Shown: positions 1-10,142, numbered from the stretch's first letter. The stretch is 64,000 bases of DNA from Candidatus Bathyarchaeia archaeon (GCA_035656295.1 DASRSU010000025.1:65543-129542), one strand, 5' to 3'. The notes: generated by a model not told the origin, from the sequence alone. A program made the numbers and translations.

Positions 1-2
1 GG

Positions 3-188
3 CCAGAGTCTCTTCCCGGAACCGAGTTCCAGGCCAGATTTGTGAACATGAACGACAAAACCATTGAAGGTATAACTCACAACTCCAAGAACGTCCTGGG
101 AATACAGTGGCACCCTGAAAGTTCCCCTGGACCCTACGACACGACATTTCTCTTCGAGCAATTCTTGACGGGAACCTTGCGACATTGA
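3..188 (+). CDS. carA: Carbamoyl-phosphate synthase small subunit, 3' end (partial at window edge)
   Basis: Manual translation of frame 3 gives ...NDKTIEGITHNSKNVLGIQWHPESSPGPYDT..., the GATase HPE motif; its stop overlaps the carB TTG start. Confidence 0.93.
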   Translation, partial: PESLPGTEFQARFVNMNDKTIEGITHNSKNVLGIQWHPESSPGPYDTTFLFEQFLTGTLRH

Positions 189-3100
189 GAATTCCTGACC
201 TGAAAACAGTCCTGATTCTGGGTAGCGGAGCAATCAAGATCGGTGAAGCTGGCGAGTTCGACTACTCGACGTCTCAGGCAATTAAGGCTCTGAGGGAAGA
301 AGGGATCAGGACGATTGTTGTCAACCCGAATATTGCGACGATCCATACCGATCAAAAGTTCGCCGACAAAGTGTACTCGGTCCCGATAAGACCAGAGTTT
401 ATCGAAGAAGTTATCGAGAAAGAAAAACCGGATGGGATACTCCTCGGCTTCGGCGGACAAACCGCCCTCAACTGTGGAATGGAACTGGACGAAAAGGGGA
501 TACTGCAAAGACACCGTGTTCGAGTTCTCGGTACAGGAATCAACAGTATCGAGATCGCAGATAACCGTGAGCTGTTCAAGAAGACCATGCTGGACAACAA
601 CGTTCCCGTTCCTAAGAGCAGGAAAGCAACGGACGTTGAATCAGCGGTCCGAGCAGCGCGAGAGATCGGGTTCCCGGTAATCGTCAGAGTCGCATACACT
701 CTCGGAGGCCAAGGCTCCGGAGTAGCGCGCGACGAGAAAGATCTAGTCGAGATCTCCCGGAGAGCCTTGTCCTACAGTCGAATAGGCCAGATCCTCGTCG
801 AAGAGTACCTGGACAAGTGGAAGGAGATCGAGTACGAGGTAATGCGGGACCACGAAGACAATTGTACAATCATCTGTAACATGGAGAATCTCGATCCTAT
901 GGGGATCCATACCGGTGACAGCATCGTCGTTGCACCCTCACAGACACTGTCAAACCGCGAGTACAACATTCTCAGGGCAATAGGCCAAAAAGTGATCCGT
1001 ACTCTCGGAATAGTTGGAGAATGTAATATTCAATTTGCAGTAAATCCCGGAAAAGAGGATTTTAGAGTCATCGAAGTCAACTCAAGACTCTCTCGAAGCT
1101 CCGCACTCGCCTCGAAAGCAACAGGCTACCCAATCGCCTACATCGCGGCAAAACTATCGATAGGTTACACTCTACCAGAATTGTCTAACAAGATCACTGG
1201 AGCCACTAGCGCCTGCTTCGAACCGTCACTCGATTACGTTGTTGTGAAAGCACCACGCTGGGACTTTCAGAAGTTTCACCGCACCAGCAGAGGGATCGGG
1301 ACTCAGATGAAGTCGGTAGGGGAAGTTATGGCGATAGGCCGATGTTTCGAAGAGGCCCTTCAGAAAGCTATTAGAATGCTGGACATCGGCAGAGAGCTTA
1401 CCGATACAAACGGTCTGGGACGAAGTCCCCAGAGAATCCGGAGAGAGCTCGCGGAGCCAACTGACGAGAGAATATTCTACGCGGTCAAGGCCTTAAGGTC
1501 CGGTTTCAGTATCAATGAAATTGCCTCGTTAACCGGAATAGATCACTGGTTCTTGGAAAAAATAGCTAACATTCTACGCATGGAGGACCTCGTCAAACAG
1601 TCAGGCTTCAACCCCGAGACTATTCGTGAGGCGAAGATCCTTGGCTTCTCAGACCGGAAAATCGGACTGCTACTATCAATACTTCCCGAGAATATTCGCG
1701 AGTTTAGACTCAAAAACGGCATCATCCCCGTCACAAAGCAGATTGACACTCTAGCCGCGGAGTGGCCAGCGAAGACAAACTACCTCTATCTGACATACGG
1801 CGGGACGAGTAATGACCTGGACTATTCCCAAAAGGGATCGATAATCGTACTCGGGTCCGGCTGTTACAGAATTGGGTCAAGCGTAGAGTTCGATTGGTGC
1901 TGCGTCAACATGGCGGTCGCCCTAAGAGACAAGGGACGAGAAGTGGTGATGGTGAACTGTAATCCCGAGACGGTATCTACAGACTTCGACATACTCGACA
2001 AACTCTACTTTGAAGAGTTGACGCTGGAAAGGCTCCGAGACATCATAGACAAAGAACAGCCGCAAGGACTCGTAGTGAGTGTTGGAGGACAGACTCCCAA
2101 CAACCTTGCTCGAGAGCTCTCAAACTATTGCACGGTTCTAGGAACGTCTCCCGAAGACATTGATGTAGCCGAAGATCGTTCGAAGTTCAGTACACTACTC
2201 GACAGCCTCGGCATTGAACAGCCAGAATGGAGCAGGGTCGAAACTGTACGGCAGGCACTCGGATTTGCGCGAAAAATCGGATATCCAGTCCTGATCCGGC
2301 CTTCCTATGTCTTGTCCGGATCAGCAATGAACGTCGCCTTCGATCGACAGCAATTGGTTGGCTACATCAAACAAGCCACAGAGATTTCCAAAAAGAATCC
2401 TATCGTAATCTCAAAGTTCTTGACAAGAGCCAAAGAAATAGAGGTAGATGGAGTAAGCGACGGGACGAACGTGTTCATAGGAGCAATCCTAGAACACATT
2501 GAAAACGCTGGGGTCCATTCGGGAGACGCTACCATCAGCATCCCAACAGTCACTATAGGTGAATCGATCAAGTCTACCATCGTAAGCTATTCTAGGAAAA
2601 TAGCAAGGGCCCTGAGGATTAAGGGTCCGTTCAACATCCAGTTTCTAGTCAAGAGTGGCCGGGTTATGGTCATTGAATGTAACCTTCGAGCGTCGAGAAG
2701 CATGCCTTTCGTTTCCAAGGCGACCGGTACCAACCTGATGGACCTAGCCGCCAATGCGATTACTAATGGTCAGGTCAATAACGGAATCGGGGAAGCACGC
2801 CTGTTTGCCGTGAAAGCTCCCCAGTTCTCGTTCATGCGGCTAGACAAGGCCGATCCGATAACTGGAGTGGAAATGGTGTCCACGGGCGAGGTAGCCTGTT
2901 TCGCAGACAATTTTGAGGACGCGTTCCTGAACGCACTATTGGCGAGTAACTTTCACTTGCCCAAGACCGGGGATTCCGTATTGATATCCATGGGAAAGAC
3001 GCGAAAAGCGATAATTCCCTACGCAAGAAAGCTCGCCGAAAATGGGTACAAGATTTACGCCACCAGACACACGTCCGAAGAATTGAAGCTGAACGGAATC

Positions 3101-3466
3101 GATTCCACCATTCTCTACAAGGTCCGAGAGAGGAAAAAACCGAACATTCTCGACTACTTGACAAGCAAACGAATCAAGCTCGTGATCAACATTCCAAGCC
3201 AAGAGGGTCAAGGCGAAGTGTCCCGGCAAATAGCTCAAGACGAATACGTCATCAGGAGGAAAGCCACAGAATATGGCATCCCGCTCGTTACCAACATCGA
3301 GCTCGCGATCGCGATTGTAGACTCTCTACTGAGTTACCGGCAGCGCAACCTAGTTACCGTGGCCACAGTTATCGAGGAAACCGTTAAAGATCGATCAGAA
3401 ACAGCGAGTCCCTCCAATGGATCTTCCCAGACTCTGGCACCGATTTTGCCAGTTCCTCAACCCTAG
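185..3466 (+). CDS. carB: Carbamoyl-phosphate synthase large subunit
   Basis: 1093 aa; GSGAIKIGEAGEFDYS, two ATP-grasp halves (HTGDS, HSGDA), C-terminal MGS-like domain; follows carA. Confidence 0.98.
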   Translation: MRIPDLKTVLILGSGAIKIGEAGEFDYSTSQAIKALREEGIRTIVVNPNIATIHTDQKFADKVYSVPIRPEFIEEVIEKEKPDGILLGFGGQTALNCGMELDEKGILQRHRVRVLGTGINSIEIADNRELFKKTMLDNNVPVPKSRKATDVESAVRAAREIGFPVIVRVAYTLGGQGSGVARDEKDLVEISRRALSYSRIGQILVEEYLDKWKEIEYEVMRDHEDNCTIICNMENLDPMGIHTGDSIVVAPSQTLSNREYNILRAIGQKVIRTLGIVGECNIQFAVNPGKEDFRVIEVNSRLSRSSALASKATGYPIAYIAAKLSIGYTLPELSNKITGATSACFEPSLDYVVVKAPRWDFQKFHRTSRGIGTQMKSVGEVMAIGRCFEEALQKAIRMLDIGRELTDTNGLGRSPQRIRRELAEPTDERIFYAVKALRSGFSINEIASLTGIDHWFLEKIANILRMEDLVKQSGFNPETIREAKILGFSDRKIGLLLSILPENIREFRLKNGIIPVTKQIDTLAAEWPAKTNYLYLTYGGTSNDLDYSQKGSIIVLGSGCYRIGSSVEFDWCCVNMAVALRDKGREVVMVNCNPETVSTDFDILDKLYFEELTLERLRDIIDKEQPQGLVVSVGGQTPNNLARELSNYCTVLGTSPEDIDVAEDRSKFSTLLDSLGIEQPEWSRVETVRQALGFARKIGYPVLIRPSYVLSGSAMNVAFDRQQLVGYIKQATEISKKNPIVISKFLTRAKEIEVDGVSDGTNVFIGAILEHIENAGVHSGDATISIPTVTIGESIKSTIVSYSRKIARALRIKGPFNIQFLVKSGRVMVIECNLRASRSMPFVSKATGTNLMDLAANAITNGQVNNGIGEARLFAVKAPQFSFMRLDKADPITGVEMVSTGEVACFADNFEDAFLNALLASNFHLPKTGDSVLISMGKTRKAIIPYARKLAENGYKIYATRHTSEELKLNGIDSTILYKVRERKKPNILDYLTSKRIKLVINIPSQEGQGEVSRQIAQDEYVIRRKATEYGIPLVTNIELAIAIVDSLLSYRQRNLVTVATVIEETVKDRSETASPSNGSSQTLAPILPVPQP

Positions 3467-3498
3467 GGGGTCAATCGTGATTCGGGGCCGAGTCTCCG

Positions 3499-4209
3499 CT
3501 AGTCCTCATGTTTCGTGAGACCATCTGAAATTTTTCTCAAAACTCCAGCTAGCACGCTTGCCTCTCGTCTTCGAATCCCAGACCGACCTATGATATTGCG
3601 TAGAGTTCGGACTGCGATTCCCACTTTGTATTCTTTGACTCCTACAGAGTAGGCCGATTTGCTAAGCAATTCGAGTATCTTCTGCTTAGTCGCCTCATTT
3701 GCTAGAATCTGAGAAGGCTCAGTGTTTTTCACTTGGAATAGTTCGTAGAATACTATCGCAGCCGCGTGGAAGAGGTTTAATGTCAAATAGTCTCTTGCGG
3801 AGGGGATCGTCATTACAACATCGCAACGACCTAGCTCGCCATCATTCAGTCCTGTCCCCTCCCGACCGAAGACAAGCGCTACTTTTCCCTCAGCACTGCC
3901 CACCACGTGAGCAAGTTCTCTTGGTGTAACCGAGCACCTGAGAAGATTACTAGAAGAGAGCGACGCCCAGGCCGTTGTCCCGACTGTTATGTCGGCACCG
4001 TCCAACGCTTGAGATAGGGATCCTTGCACCGTCATCGAGTCTAGGACGTCTTGCGCATGGCCAGCTCTCATTCTTCCATTGGCTGAAAGTGTCGCTAACG
4101 GATTCACGAGGCACAGCTCGTGTAACCCGAAATTCTTCATACTTCGGGCGACAAAGCCTACCGACTCTTCGAAGACTGGTTCGACTAGAACCACGAAATA
4201 CTCAGGCAT
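3499..4209 (-). CDS. trmJ: SPOUT tRNA/rRNA methyltransferase, TrmJ/LasT family
   Basis: VVLVEP..GFVARSMKNFG, VFGREGTGL, IPSARDYLTLNLFHA motifs. Confidence 0.88.
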   Translation of the reverse strand: MPEYFVVLVEPVFEESVGFVARSMKNFGLHELCLVNPLATLSANGRMRAGHAQDVLDSMTVQGSLSQALDGADITVGTTAWASLSSSNLLRCSVTPRELAHVVGSAEGKVALVFGREGTGLNDGELGRCDVVMTIPSARDYLTLNLFHAAAIVFYELFQVKNTEPSQILANEATKQKILELLSKSAYSVGVKEYKVGIAVRTLRNIIGRSGIRRREASVLAGVLRKISDGLTKHED

Positions 4210-4258
4210 TCGGTATCGGTTCCAAGGCTCCCGATTCTACGACTTCAAGATTTCAGTT

Positions 4259-5473
4259 CTATGCGTAGGCTTCTTCGCCATGCTGGCTCATGTCTAAACC
4301 CGTCTCTTCCTCCCCGGCTGTCACTCTGAGCTTCGTGAAGGAGCCGATGATCTTCAGAAGAACAAATGATCCCGAGAATGCAAACGCGAAGACGACAACA
4401 ATCCCAAGGGCCTCTAGCCCCAACTGGTAGAAATTCCCAAACAGTGCTCCGTTCGGTCCTGCTGCGTTGATCGCGGTTGATGCGAAGATGCCGGTTGCAA
4501 GAACTCCCCAGATACTTCCAGCGCCATGGGCCGCAAAAACGTCCAAAGAATCGTCCAATCGAGTTCTCGCACGCCAACCCATAACCGTGTTCGAAACCAA
4601 TCCCACAACCAGTCCGATAAGGATGGCGGGCAGTGACGCCACGTAGCCAGCGGCTGGTGTTATAGCGACCAGGCCACAAACTGCCCCGATCGCGATACCA
4701 ACCGCGGAGGGTTTACCCTTTCGTTGCCAATCCACTAGCATCCAACTCACGGCCCCAGCCGCAGCGGCCAGGTTCGTATTGACCAGCGCTTGCACGGCGA
4801 TCTGATTCGCTGCCAAGGCGCTGCCAGCATTGAATCCGAACCAGCCGAACCATAGGATTGCCGCACCGAGGATTACGAAGGGAATGCTGTTGGGACGCAC
4901 TTCTCCCTGTAATCCCGTTCTTCTTCCCAGTACCAGTGCAGCTGCTACTGCGGATGCGCCCGCTGAAAGGTGGACTACGAGTCCTCCGGCGAAGTCGATT
5001 ACTCCTAAGCTGTGAAGCCAGCCGCCGGATCCCCAGACCCAGTGTGCTATTGGTGCGTAGATCAGTGTAGTCCATAGGATGATGAAGATCAAGAGTGCTT
5101 TGAATCGGATTCTTTCGGCGAAGGCCCCGATTATCAGTGCGGGTGTGATTGCGGCAAATTTGAGCTGGAAAGCAAAGTATAGCAGTTCGGGGATAGCGGT
5201 TGAGTAGGCTGCGTTGGCTGAGGCTCCTACATTGTTGAGGCCGACCTTCGACAAGTTCCCTATGATTCCGTAAAGCGATGGTGCGAAGGCTTCACTGTAG
5301 GCCCAGAAGGCCCAGACTAGGCTCACTATCGAGAATATGACCATGCATTGGACAAGCGTGGAGACCAAATTCTTCTTACGTACTAGGCCGCCGTAGAAGA
5401 ATCCCAAGGCTGGAGTCATTATCATAACCAGAGCGGTAGCGGCGATAACCCATGCAATATCTCCAGGATCCAT
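4259..5473 (-). CDS. amt: Ammonium transporter
   Basis: FYGGLVRKKN, FQLKFAAIT, DFAGGLVVH, LWFGWFGFNAGS, DDSLDVFAAHG signatures; about 11 hydrophobic segments. Confidence 0.97.
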   Translation of the reverse strand: MDPGDIAWVIAATALVMIMTPALGFFYGGLVRKKNLVSTLVQCMVIFSIVSLVWAFWAYSEAFAPSLYGIIGNLSKVGLNNVGASANAAYSTAIPELLYFAFQLKFAAITPALIIGAFAERIRFKALLIFIILWTTLIYAPIAHWVWGSGGWLHSLGVIDFAGGLVVHLSAGASAVAAALVLGRRTGLQGEVRPNSIPFVILGAAILWFGWFGFNAGSALAANQIAVQALVNTNLAAAAGAVSWMLVDWQRKGKPSAVGIAIGAVCGLVAITPAAGYVASLPAILIGLVVGLVSNTVMGWRARTRLDDSLDVFAAHGAGSIWGVLATGIFASTAINAAGPNGALFGNFYQLGLEALGIVVVFAFAFSGSFVLLKIIGSFTKLRVTAGEEETGLDMSQHGEEAYA

Positions 5474-5753
5474 TAATGGATAACTCCTTCCGCGAAAACT
5501 GCTGGGACATTAGCATTGGAATCGTATGGCATGGTTCGGGCCATGGCTTGAGGCGAATTGCTCGTGGGGTTTTACGCTATTTAGCCTGTAGGAAATGGGT
5601 CGAGAGGGCATTGTGGACCTGAGGTTGAAGAGTTCGGTAGAATGACTATCGCTTCCTGGCCCGAGAAAATTTTCCTTCTATGCCATTGTACGCTGGCGGA
5701 GAAATGTCTCGACAATAAATCATTAGATTTCGGTAAATAGCGGCGGCGTCGCG

Positions 5754-6365
5754 TTAATCGGCGGGCTTCGTGGGTAGAGGGGGCAGGCGCGGTTTTTCGG
5801 AGCCCTCGTAGGTGATGAGGCCTTTCGACTCGAGAGTCTCCTGAAGCTTAGTCACCGCGATATAGACCTGGATCTCCTTCTTAGCCCCTGTACAGACCAG
5901 CTTGCCGCTGGCGAATATTAGAATCACTACTTTGGGCTCGTCCATGCGATAGATGAGTCCTGGAAATTGTTCTGGTTCGTACATGGTTTTCTTCAGACCA
6001 TACACTGCCTTCTCCAAGTCAATGTGGCCGCCGAGGCCGCAGGATGCGACGATGTTCTGGATCGTGATCTCGGGCCTCCCTAGGATTACAATACCGTCTC
6101 TCTTCAGCTCGTCAACCACCTTGAGGACAGCTTTGCGGGCCTGGCGTTCTGATTTTGCGCCGGTGCAGACCATTTTTCCTGAGCTGAAAATCAAGGTCGC
6201 AGTCTTTGGCTTCTTCAATCGGTAGACGAGTCCCGGGAACTGTTCTGGCCGATATTCTACTCCAGGAAAGACTCGGACGATAGCGTTGAGGTCTATTCGC
6301 TGTTTCAGCGTCGCAGAAGCGACGACATTCTCGATATTGATGAAAGCCTTGTTGCTGTCAGACAA
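5754..6365 (-). CDS. tbp: TATA-box-binding protein
   Basis: Two direct repeats IENVVAS/IQNIVAS ... YxPEQFPGLxYR ... IFxSGKxVCTGAK. Confidence 0.98.
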   Translation of the reverse strand: MSDSNKAFINIENVVASATLKQRIDLNAIVRVFPGVEYRPEQFPGLVYRLKKPKTATLIFSSGKMVCTGAKSERQARKAVLKVVDELKRDGIVILGRPEITIQNIVASCGLGGHIDLEKAVYGLKKTMYEPEQFPGLIYRMDEPKVVILIFASGKLVCTGAKKEIQVYIAVTKLQETLESKGLITYEGSEKPRLPPLPTKPAD

Positions 6366-6565
6366 AATGAGTCAACACTTTAACTTGAGAGCGCAAGTCG
6401 TCTAGCCGGCACGCTCGTTTTCAAAGGTAGCTTAAATATTCATTTCTTAAATGCCGAACTATCACAAACATGTCAATTTGAGCAGTCAAGCTGAGGCTTA
6501 GGGCCTGGGTAAGGGCCACCTGTTACCGAGGGACAAAAAGTGGCGGGATCTCAGCGAGATTTGTC

Positions 6566-6769
6566 TTGGCGTCCACAGTCGAAGCTCCTTCTGTTGAGAA
6601 TCAAAGGGCTCTTCAAGAGGTGAACGCCGTAATTAGCAAGCGGAGCACAAGGCATTTCCCGAAAGAGCCCCGGTTCTCCGAACGCGGTAGTTCATCGAAG
6701 GGAAGGAAAGGTGAAGATCAACGCCGACAGGCCGCGGGACTTGGCCAAGGCGCGCCAAAGGTACTATGA
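6566..6769 (+). pseudogene. Possible 5' remnant of a nitroreductase-family gene
   Basis: VNAVISKRSTRHFPKEP resembles the nitroreductase N-terminal motif (AIxxRRSxRxFxxEP). Similarity stops after about 45 codons and the ORF runs into the next gene. Confidence 0.3.
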
Positions 6770-7433
6770 AAGACTGGCCGAACATTTTGTTGAAGAGTTC
6801 TGCTCTAAAAGAGTTCGAACTATTCTCGAAGCCGGTTCCGGGAGAGGCGAACTGACAATACCGCTGCTCAGGAAATTGCCAGCTTCGACCAAGATGATTG
6901 CAGTGGACTCTTCGAAGGGTCCATATGTCGGCTGGTTGAATGAGCTTGCGGAAAGATTACGTAAGAGAGGATTGGAGGGGCGGGTCCGTATTATGGACGC
7001 TGATGTAAGACGACTTGACGAGGTTGACGCGGAGAGCGTCGACGCAGTAGTTTCAAACGAACTAATTTGTGACCTTCCCCGTAAGGGTGAGCTAGACAAG
7101 GCGCTTAGAGAGTTCTACCGAGTGCTCCGGGCTGGGGGAATTATGATTCATGGAGAATGGTTATCGATTCCTACAGCTGGACCGAAAGATCTCCTGATCA
7201 AGCATTGGCCGTCTTGGACTCCGGACCAACTCTTTGTCCTGATGAGCGAGGCCGGGTTTCACAGCTTCCGTGTCTCATACTTTGACACGACGATACATCT
7301 GGGTTATGAGAATGCACTGGAGGAGCTTCGAGCTTGGGGTGCGACACAACGATTGCTCAAACGACATGACAAGCTGCTAAGGGGGCGAGGAATCGAGCTT
7401 CCATTCGAACACTTGGTTCAGTGCAGAAAATAA
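6711..7433 (+). CDS. Class I SAM-dependent methyltransferase
   Basis: ILEAGSGRG (motif I), IAVDSS, DADVRRL, VDAVVSN, FYRVLRAGG. Confidence 0.88.
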   Translation: MKINADRPRDLAKARQRYYERLAEHFVEEFCSKRVRTILEAGSGRGELTIPLLRKLPASTKMIAVDSSKGPYVGWLNELAERLRKRGLEGRVRIMDADVRRLDEVDAESVDAVVSNELICDLPRKGELDKALREFYRVLRAGGIMIHGEWLSIPTAGPKDLLIKHWPSWTPDQLFVLMSEAGFHSFRVSYFDTTIHLGYENALEELRAWGATQRLLKRHDKLLRGRGIELPFEHLVQCRK

Positions 7434-7466
7434 AGACTATTCGATTAACGAACCTGAGTCCTCACA

Positions 7467-7697
7467 CTACCTGAAGCCTGTCCCAGTGGCTTGTCTGTAT
7501 GAGATGACCTTGCCGTCTCGGTCATCAACGACTACCTCCTTGTGGGCTATTGAAATTCCTCCTATGTCGATGAGAACTTTCCACTTCTGAGAATTCTGGT
7601 CGGCTTCTAAAGATGCGACTGAAACCGTGCTGTATCCAGCTTCTTCCGTAATGAACTTCCTTACGACGGCAATGACATCCGATACATTCATTCTCAC
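7467..7697 (-). CDS. Small hypothetical protein, PepSY-like pattern
   Basis: 76 aa; one helix then beta strands ending W-x-V...VVVDDRDGKVI, as in PepSY-like domains (inference). Confidence 0.55.
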   Translation of the reverse strand: MRMNVSDVIAVVRKFITEEAGYSTVSVASLEADQNSQKWKVLIDIGGISIAHKEVVVDDRDGKVISYRQATGTGFR

Positions 7698-8084
7698 GGC
7701 CCAAGTGGCTCCGTGAGACCTGTAGATATCGCGCTCATAAGTTATTGGCTTGAAAAGGCACAGGAGTGGACCCGAGGGTGGCTCTTCAAAAGAAACCTGA
7801 TGTGCCCAAGTTTTCCTGACTCACGGTCTTTCTAACCTCCTACAAGTGATTTAGAAAGATAAGCATTCTTGCGTAGAGAGATGTCTCCTACTAAGCTCCC
7901 GATGGGTCTCAATGAAACAGCGGGGACTAGGAGGCTTCCAAGGTCGAGAGCTTGCGGGATTAACGGAGATGGTAGCCTGGGACTAGGGTCATCAAAAGCA
8001 GGCAATCTTTATTGGAACCTTTTCGATTGTCTATCCGACGCTCTCCATTCGGAAGCGATAATTTGTTAGGTACTGAAGAATATC

Positions 8085-8327
8085 GTGATCCTCTTGAAAG
8101 CGTCAAAGGCCAAGAAGCCGGATATGCACCGAGAGGATGTGTATCCATGGGACCGGGTTAGAGGCCAAGCGAACAAGTGCATGTACTGTAAAGCATCATG
8201 TCTATGGGTCATCTGTACAGAATGCAGAGAGTTGATTGCACAGGGAAAACCTCCTAGGACTCCTATCTATCGGCCGACAAAGAAGGGTCTGGTTCGCCGT
8301 CACACATTCGGTGGCGAAGTTAGATGA
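8085..8327 (+). CDS. Small basic hypothetical protein with putative Zn finger
   Basis: 80 aa; CMYC and CTEC pairs; K/R-rich. Confidence 0.45.
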   Translation: MILLKASKAKKPDMHREDVYPWDRVRGQANKCMYCKASCLWVICTECRELIAQGKPPRTPIYRPTKKGLVRRHTFGGEVR

Positions 8328-8366
8328 AGGATGTTATTTCGCAGGACAAGAAAAAGTACGGGAGTT

Positions 8367-8627
8367 CTAGGCCGCCTTCTCGGCGTCGATCTCTTCCATA
8401 TGTAACTTCACGAGTTTCTTTAACAGGGTGATCGGCACCTTTGTGCCAAGAGGGAATTGCAGTGTAGCTTTCGCCGCCTTATACGGTTCTAGGTTCTTCG
8501 CGAGGTCCCTCGGAGTATTTCGTGGGACGGCGAAGAAGCTGATGTGCTTCTTGAACAAGCCGAAGTATGCGAGTCGACCTTTGTAGCCGGAGAATCTGTA
8601 TTCATAGAACGGCATGCTGTAACTCAT
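8367..8627 (-). CDS. DUF1801/YdhG-like protein, probably 5'-truncated
   Basis: EEKMSYSMPFY...LAYFGLFKKHISFF...KATLQFPLGTKVPITLLKKLVK. The frame extends upstream (IRQTKRVLNGSEEK) to an in-frame TGA with no usual start, so the N-terminal helix looks lost. Confidence 0.7.
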   Translation of the reverse strand: MSYSMPFYEYRFSGYKGRLAYFGLFKKHISFFAVPRNTPRDLAKNLEPYKAAKATLQFPLGTKVPITLLKKLVKLHMEEIDAEKAA

Positions 8628-8736
8628 CTTTTCTTCAGACCCGTTTAGAACTCGCTTGGTCTGCCTGATGTGACTGGTTCCTGGTGCAAATAGTCAATAA
8701 CTTCCCTCCTGTGGGGACTGTCTGGGGACGAACAAA

Positions 8737-9147
8737 TTGAGCGACTGGAATGCGGGTATTATTGTAGAGTTCCGTAAGAACCATGGTAAAGTGGGCGGCA
8801 ACTTCGAGGGCGCTCCCTTGCTATTGATGAATCACAAGGGGGCAAAGACCGGCAAGGCGCGGACGAATCCGGTGATGTATTACAAGGACGGTAACCGGTT
8901 CATCGTGTTCGCTTCGAAGGGGGGTGCTCCGACGAATCCTGACTGGTATCATAACCTAAAGGCTCATCCGGATATAGTGATAGAGGTCGGGGATAACAAG
9001 ATCAATGTTCGTGCGGAGGAGATTACGGGAAAAGAACGGGACGAGATCTATGCAAAACAGTCCTCATTGTATCCTCAGTTTGGAAACTACCAAAAGAATA
9101 TCAGGAGAAAGATCCCTGTTATCGCATTCACACCGAAGACCAAATGA
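8737..9147 (+). CDS. F420-dependent (deazaflavin) oxidoreductase, Ddn/FDOR-A (DUF385) family
   Basis: LLLMNHKGAKTGKART-P, ASKGGAPTNPDWYHNLKAHP, RKIPVI are the Ddn-family signatures. Confidence 0.92.
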   Translation: MSDWNAGIIVEFRKNHGKVGGNFEGAPLLLMNHKGAKTGKARTNPVMYYKDGNRFIVFASKGGAPTNPDWYHNLKAHPDIVIEVGDNKINVRAEEITGKERDEIYAKQSSLYPQFGNYQKNIRRKIPVIAFTPKTK

Positions 9148-9412
9148 TAATGGCTTAGAACTCATTTTTTCCGGTATTGATCCGGCCCGCGTCTCTCTGA
9201 GAATAACGTTCCCTGCGTCCATGACTCCACTTGCACCTCTTTTCAAGAATAGAAGATCTGATACGGTTGGAAGACTGAGACGGTCAAGAATTTAGGCAAA
9301 AACCATTCGTAGGTCCAAACCTATGCCGGATTGCTAGCCGGGCGGGAGCGTGTAGACGGTCGATCTGGTATTAGATTATACCTTCCTCTTTCCGGCTCAC
9401 ATCTGATGGTTT

Positions 9413-10036
9413 GTGTCAAAGGATCAGAGAGAGACTTCGAGGACTGAGGCGTTCAGCGACGGGGTCATAGCTTTCGCCATCACGCTCCTAGTCCTCAACC
9501 TCAAGGACCCCTTGCTCGACCCGGCTTTGAGCCAGAAATCCTTGTTTCAGGGACTGTTGTTGCAATGGCCGGCGTTCTTTGCCTTCGTCACAAGCTTTGC
9601 GACGATACTGATAATGTGGGTGAACCATTATAACATGTTCACTTACATACGACGGGTGGACACGACACTATTGTTCTTGAACGGTCTCTTGTTGTTCTTT
9701 ATTGTCCTGACAGCATTCACGACCTTGCTTGTCGCGAACCATGTCGGTCTAGGCCAGACCAGCGATGGAAGAACTGCCGTTGCCTTTTACACTGGGAATG
9801 CTATGATACTGGGCCTGGTCTGGTCTACAATATCGTACTATTGTGCGAAGACTGGGCTCGTGCCTGCCACTCCGGGCGGGATACGTTATCTGGTTGGTCC
9901 GGTGCCCTATGCTATCGCTTTTGCACTGAGCTTTGTCAACGCCTTCCTCAGCCTGGTAGTAGTCTTGGTTATCGCGGGATTCTGGACACTCGCCTCGAGG
10001 GGTTATTGGAGAACGGCTCTTGCTCAAACCGATTGA
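9413..10036 (+). CDS. TMEM175-family (DUF1211) potassium channel
   Basis: RTEAFSDGVIAFAITLL (RxxxFSD signature); WVNHYNMF; six hydrophobic segments. Confidence 0.9.
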   Translation: MSKDQRETSRTEAFSDGVIAFAITLLVLNLKDPLLDPALSQKSLFQGLLLQWPAFFAFVTSFATILIMWVNHYNMFTYIRRVDTTLLFLNGLLLFFIVLTAFTTLLVANHVGLGQTSDGRTAVAFYTGNAMILGLVWSTISYYCAKTGLVPATPGGIRYLVGPVPYAIAFALSFVNAFLSLVVVLVIAGFWTLASRGYWRTALAQTD

Positions 10037-10142
10037 TCAAAGAGAATCTTGCGCGAACGTCTCTCTAAGGGACCAAAGTGGACTCGCCTGCGCTGGCAGA
10101 ATAAGGTGCACCTTTGAGTAACGGCACGTCAGGCTTCTTTCT

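Noticed and set aside
6400-6560. attL partner of tRNA-Cys bounding the island
   Set aside because: No copy of the tRNA 3' end was found by eye in this region or elsewhere in the island.
7700-8070. Short open frames that might be pseudogene remnants
   Set aside because: No recognisable family motifs; they cannot be distinguished from random ORFs without a search.
8640-8680. In-frame TGA upstream of the DUF1801 gene as selenocysteine read-through
   Set aside because: The sequence beyond the stop is not family-like in that frame and no SECIS-like element was seen; truncation is simpler.
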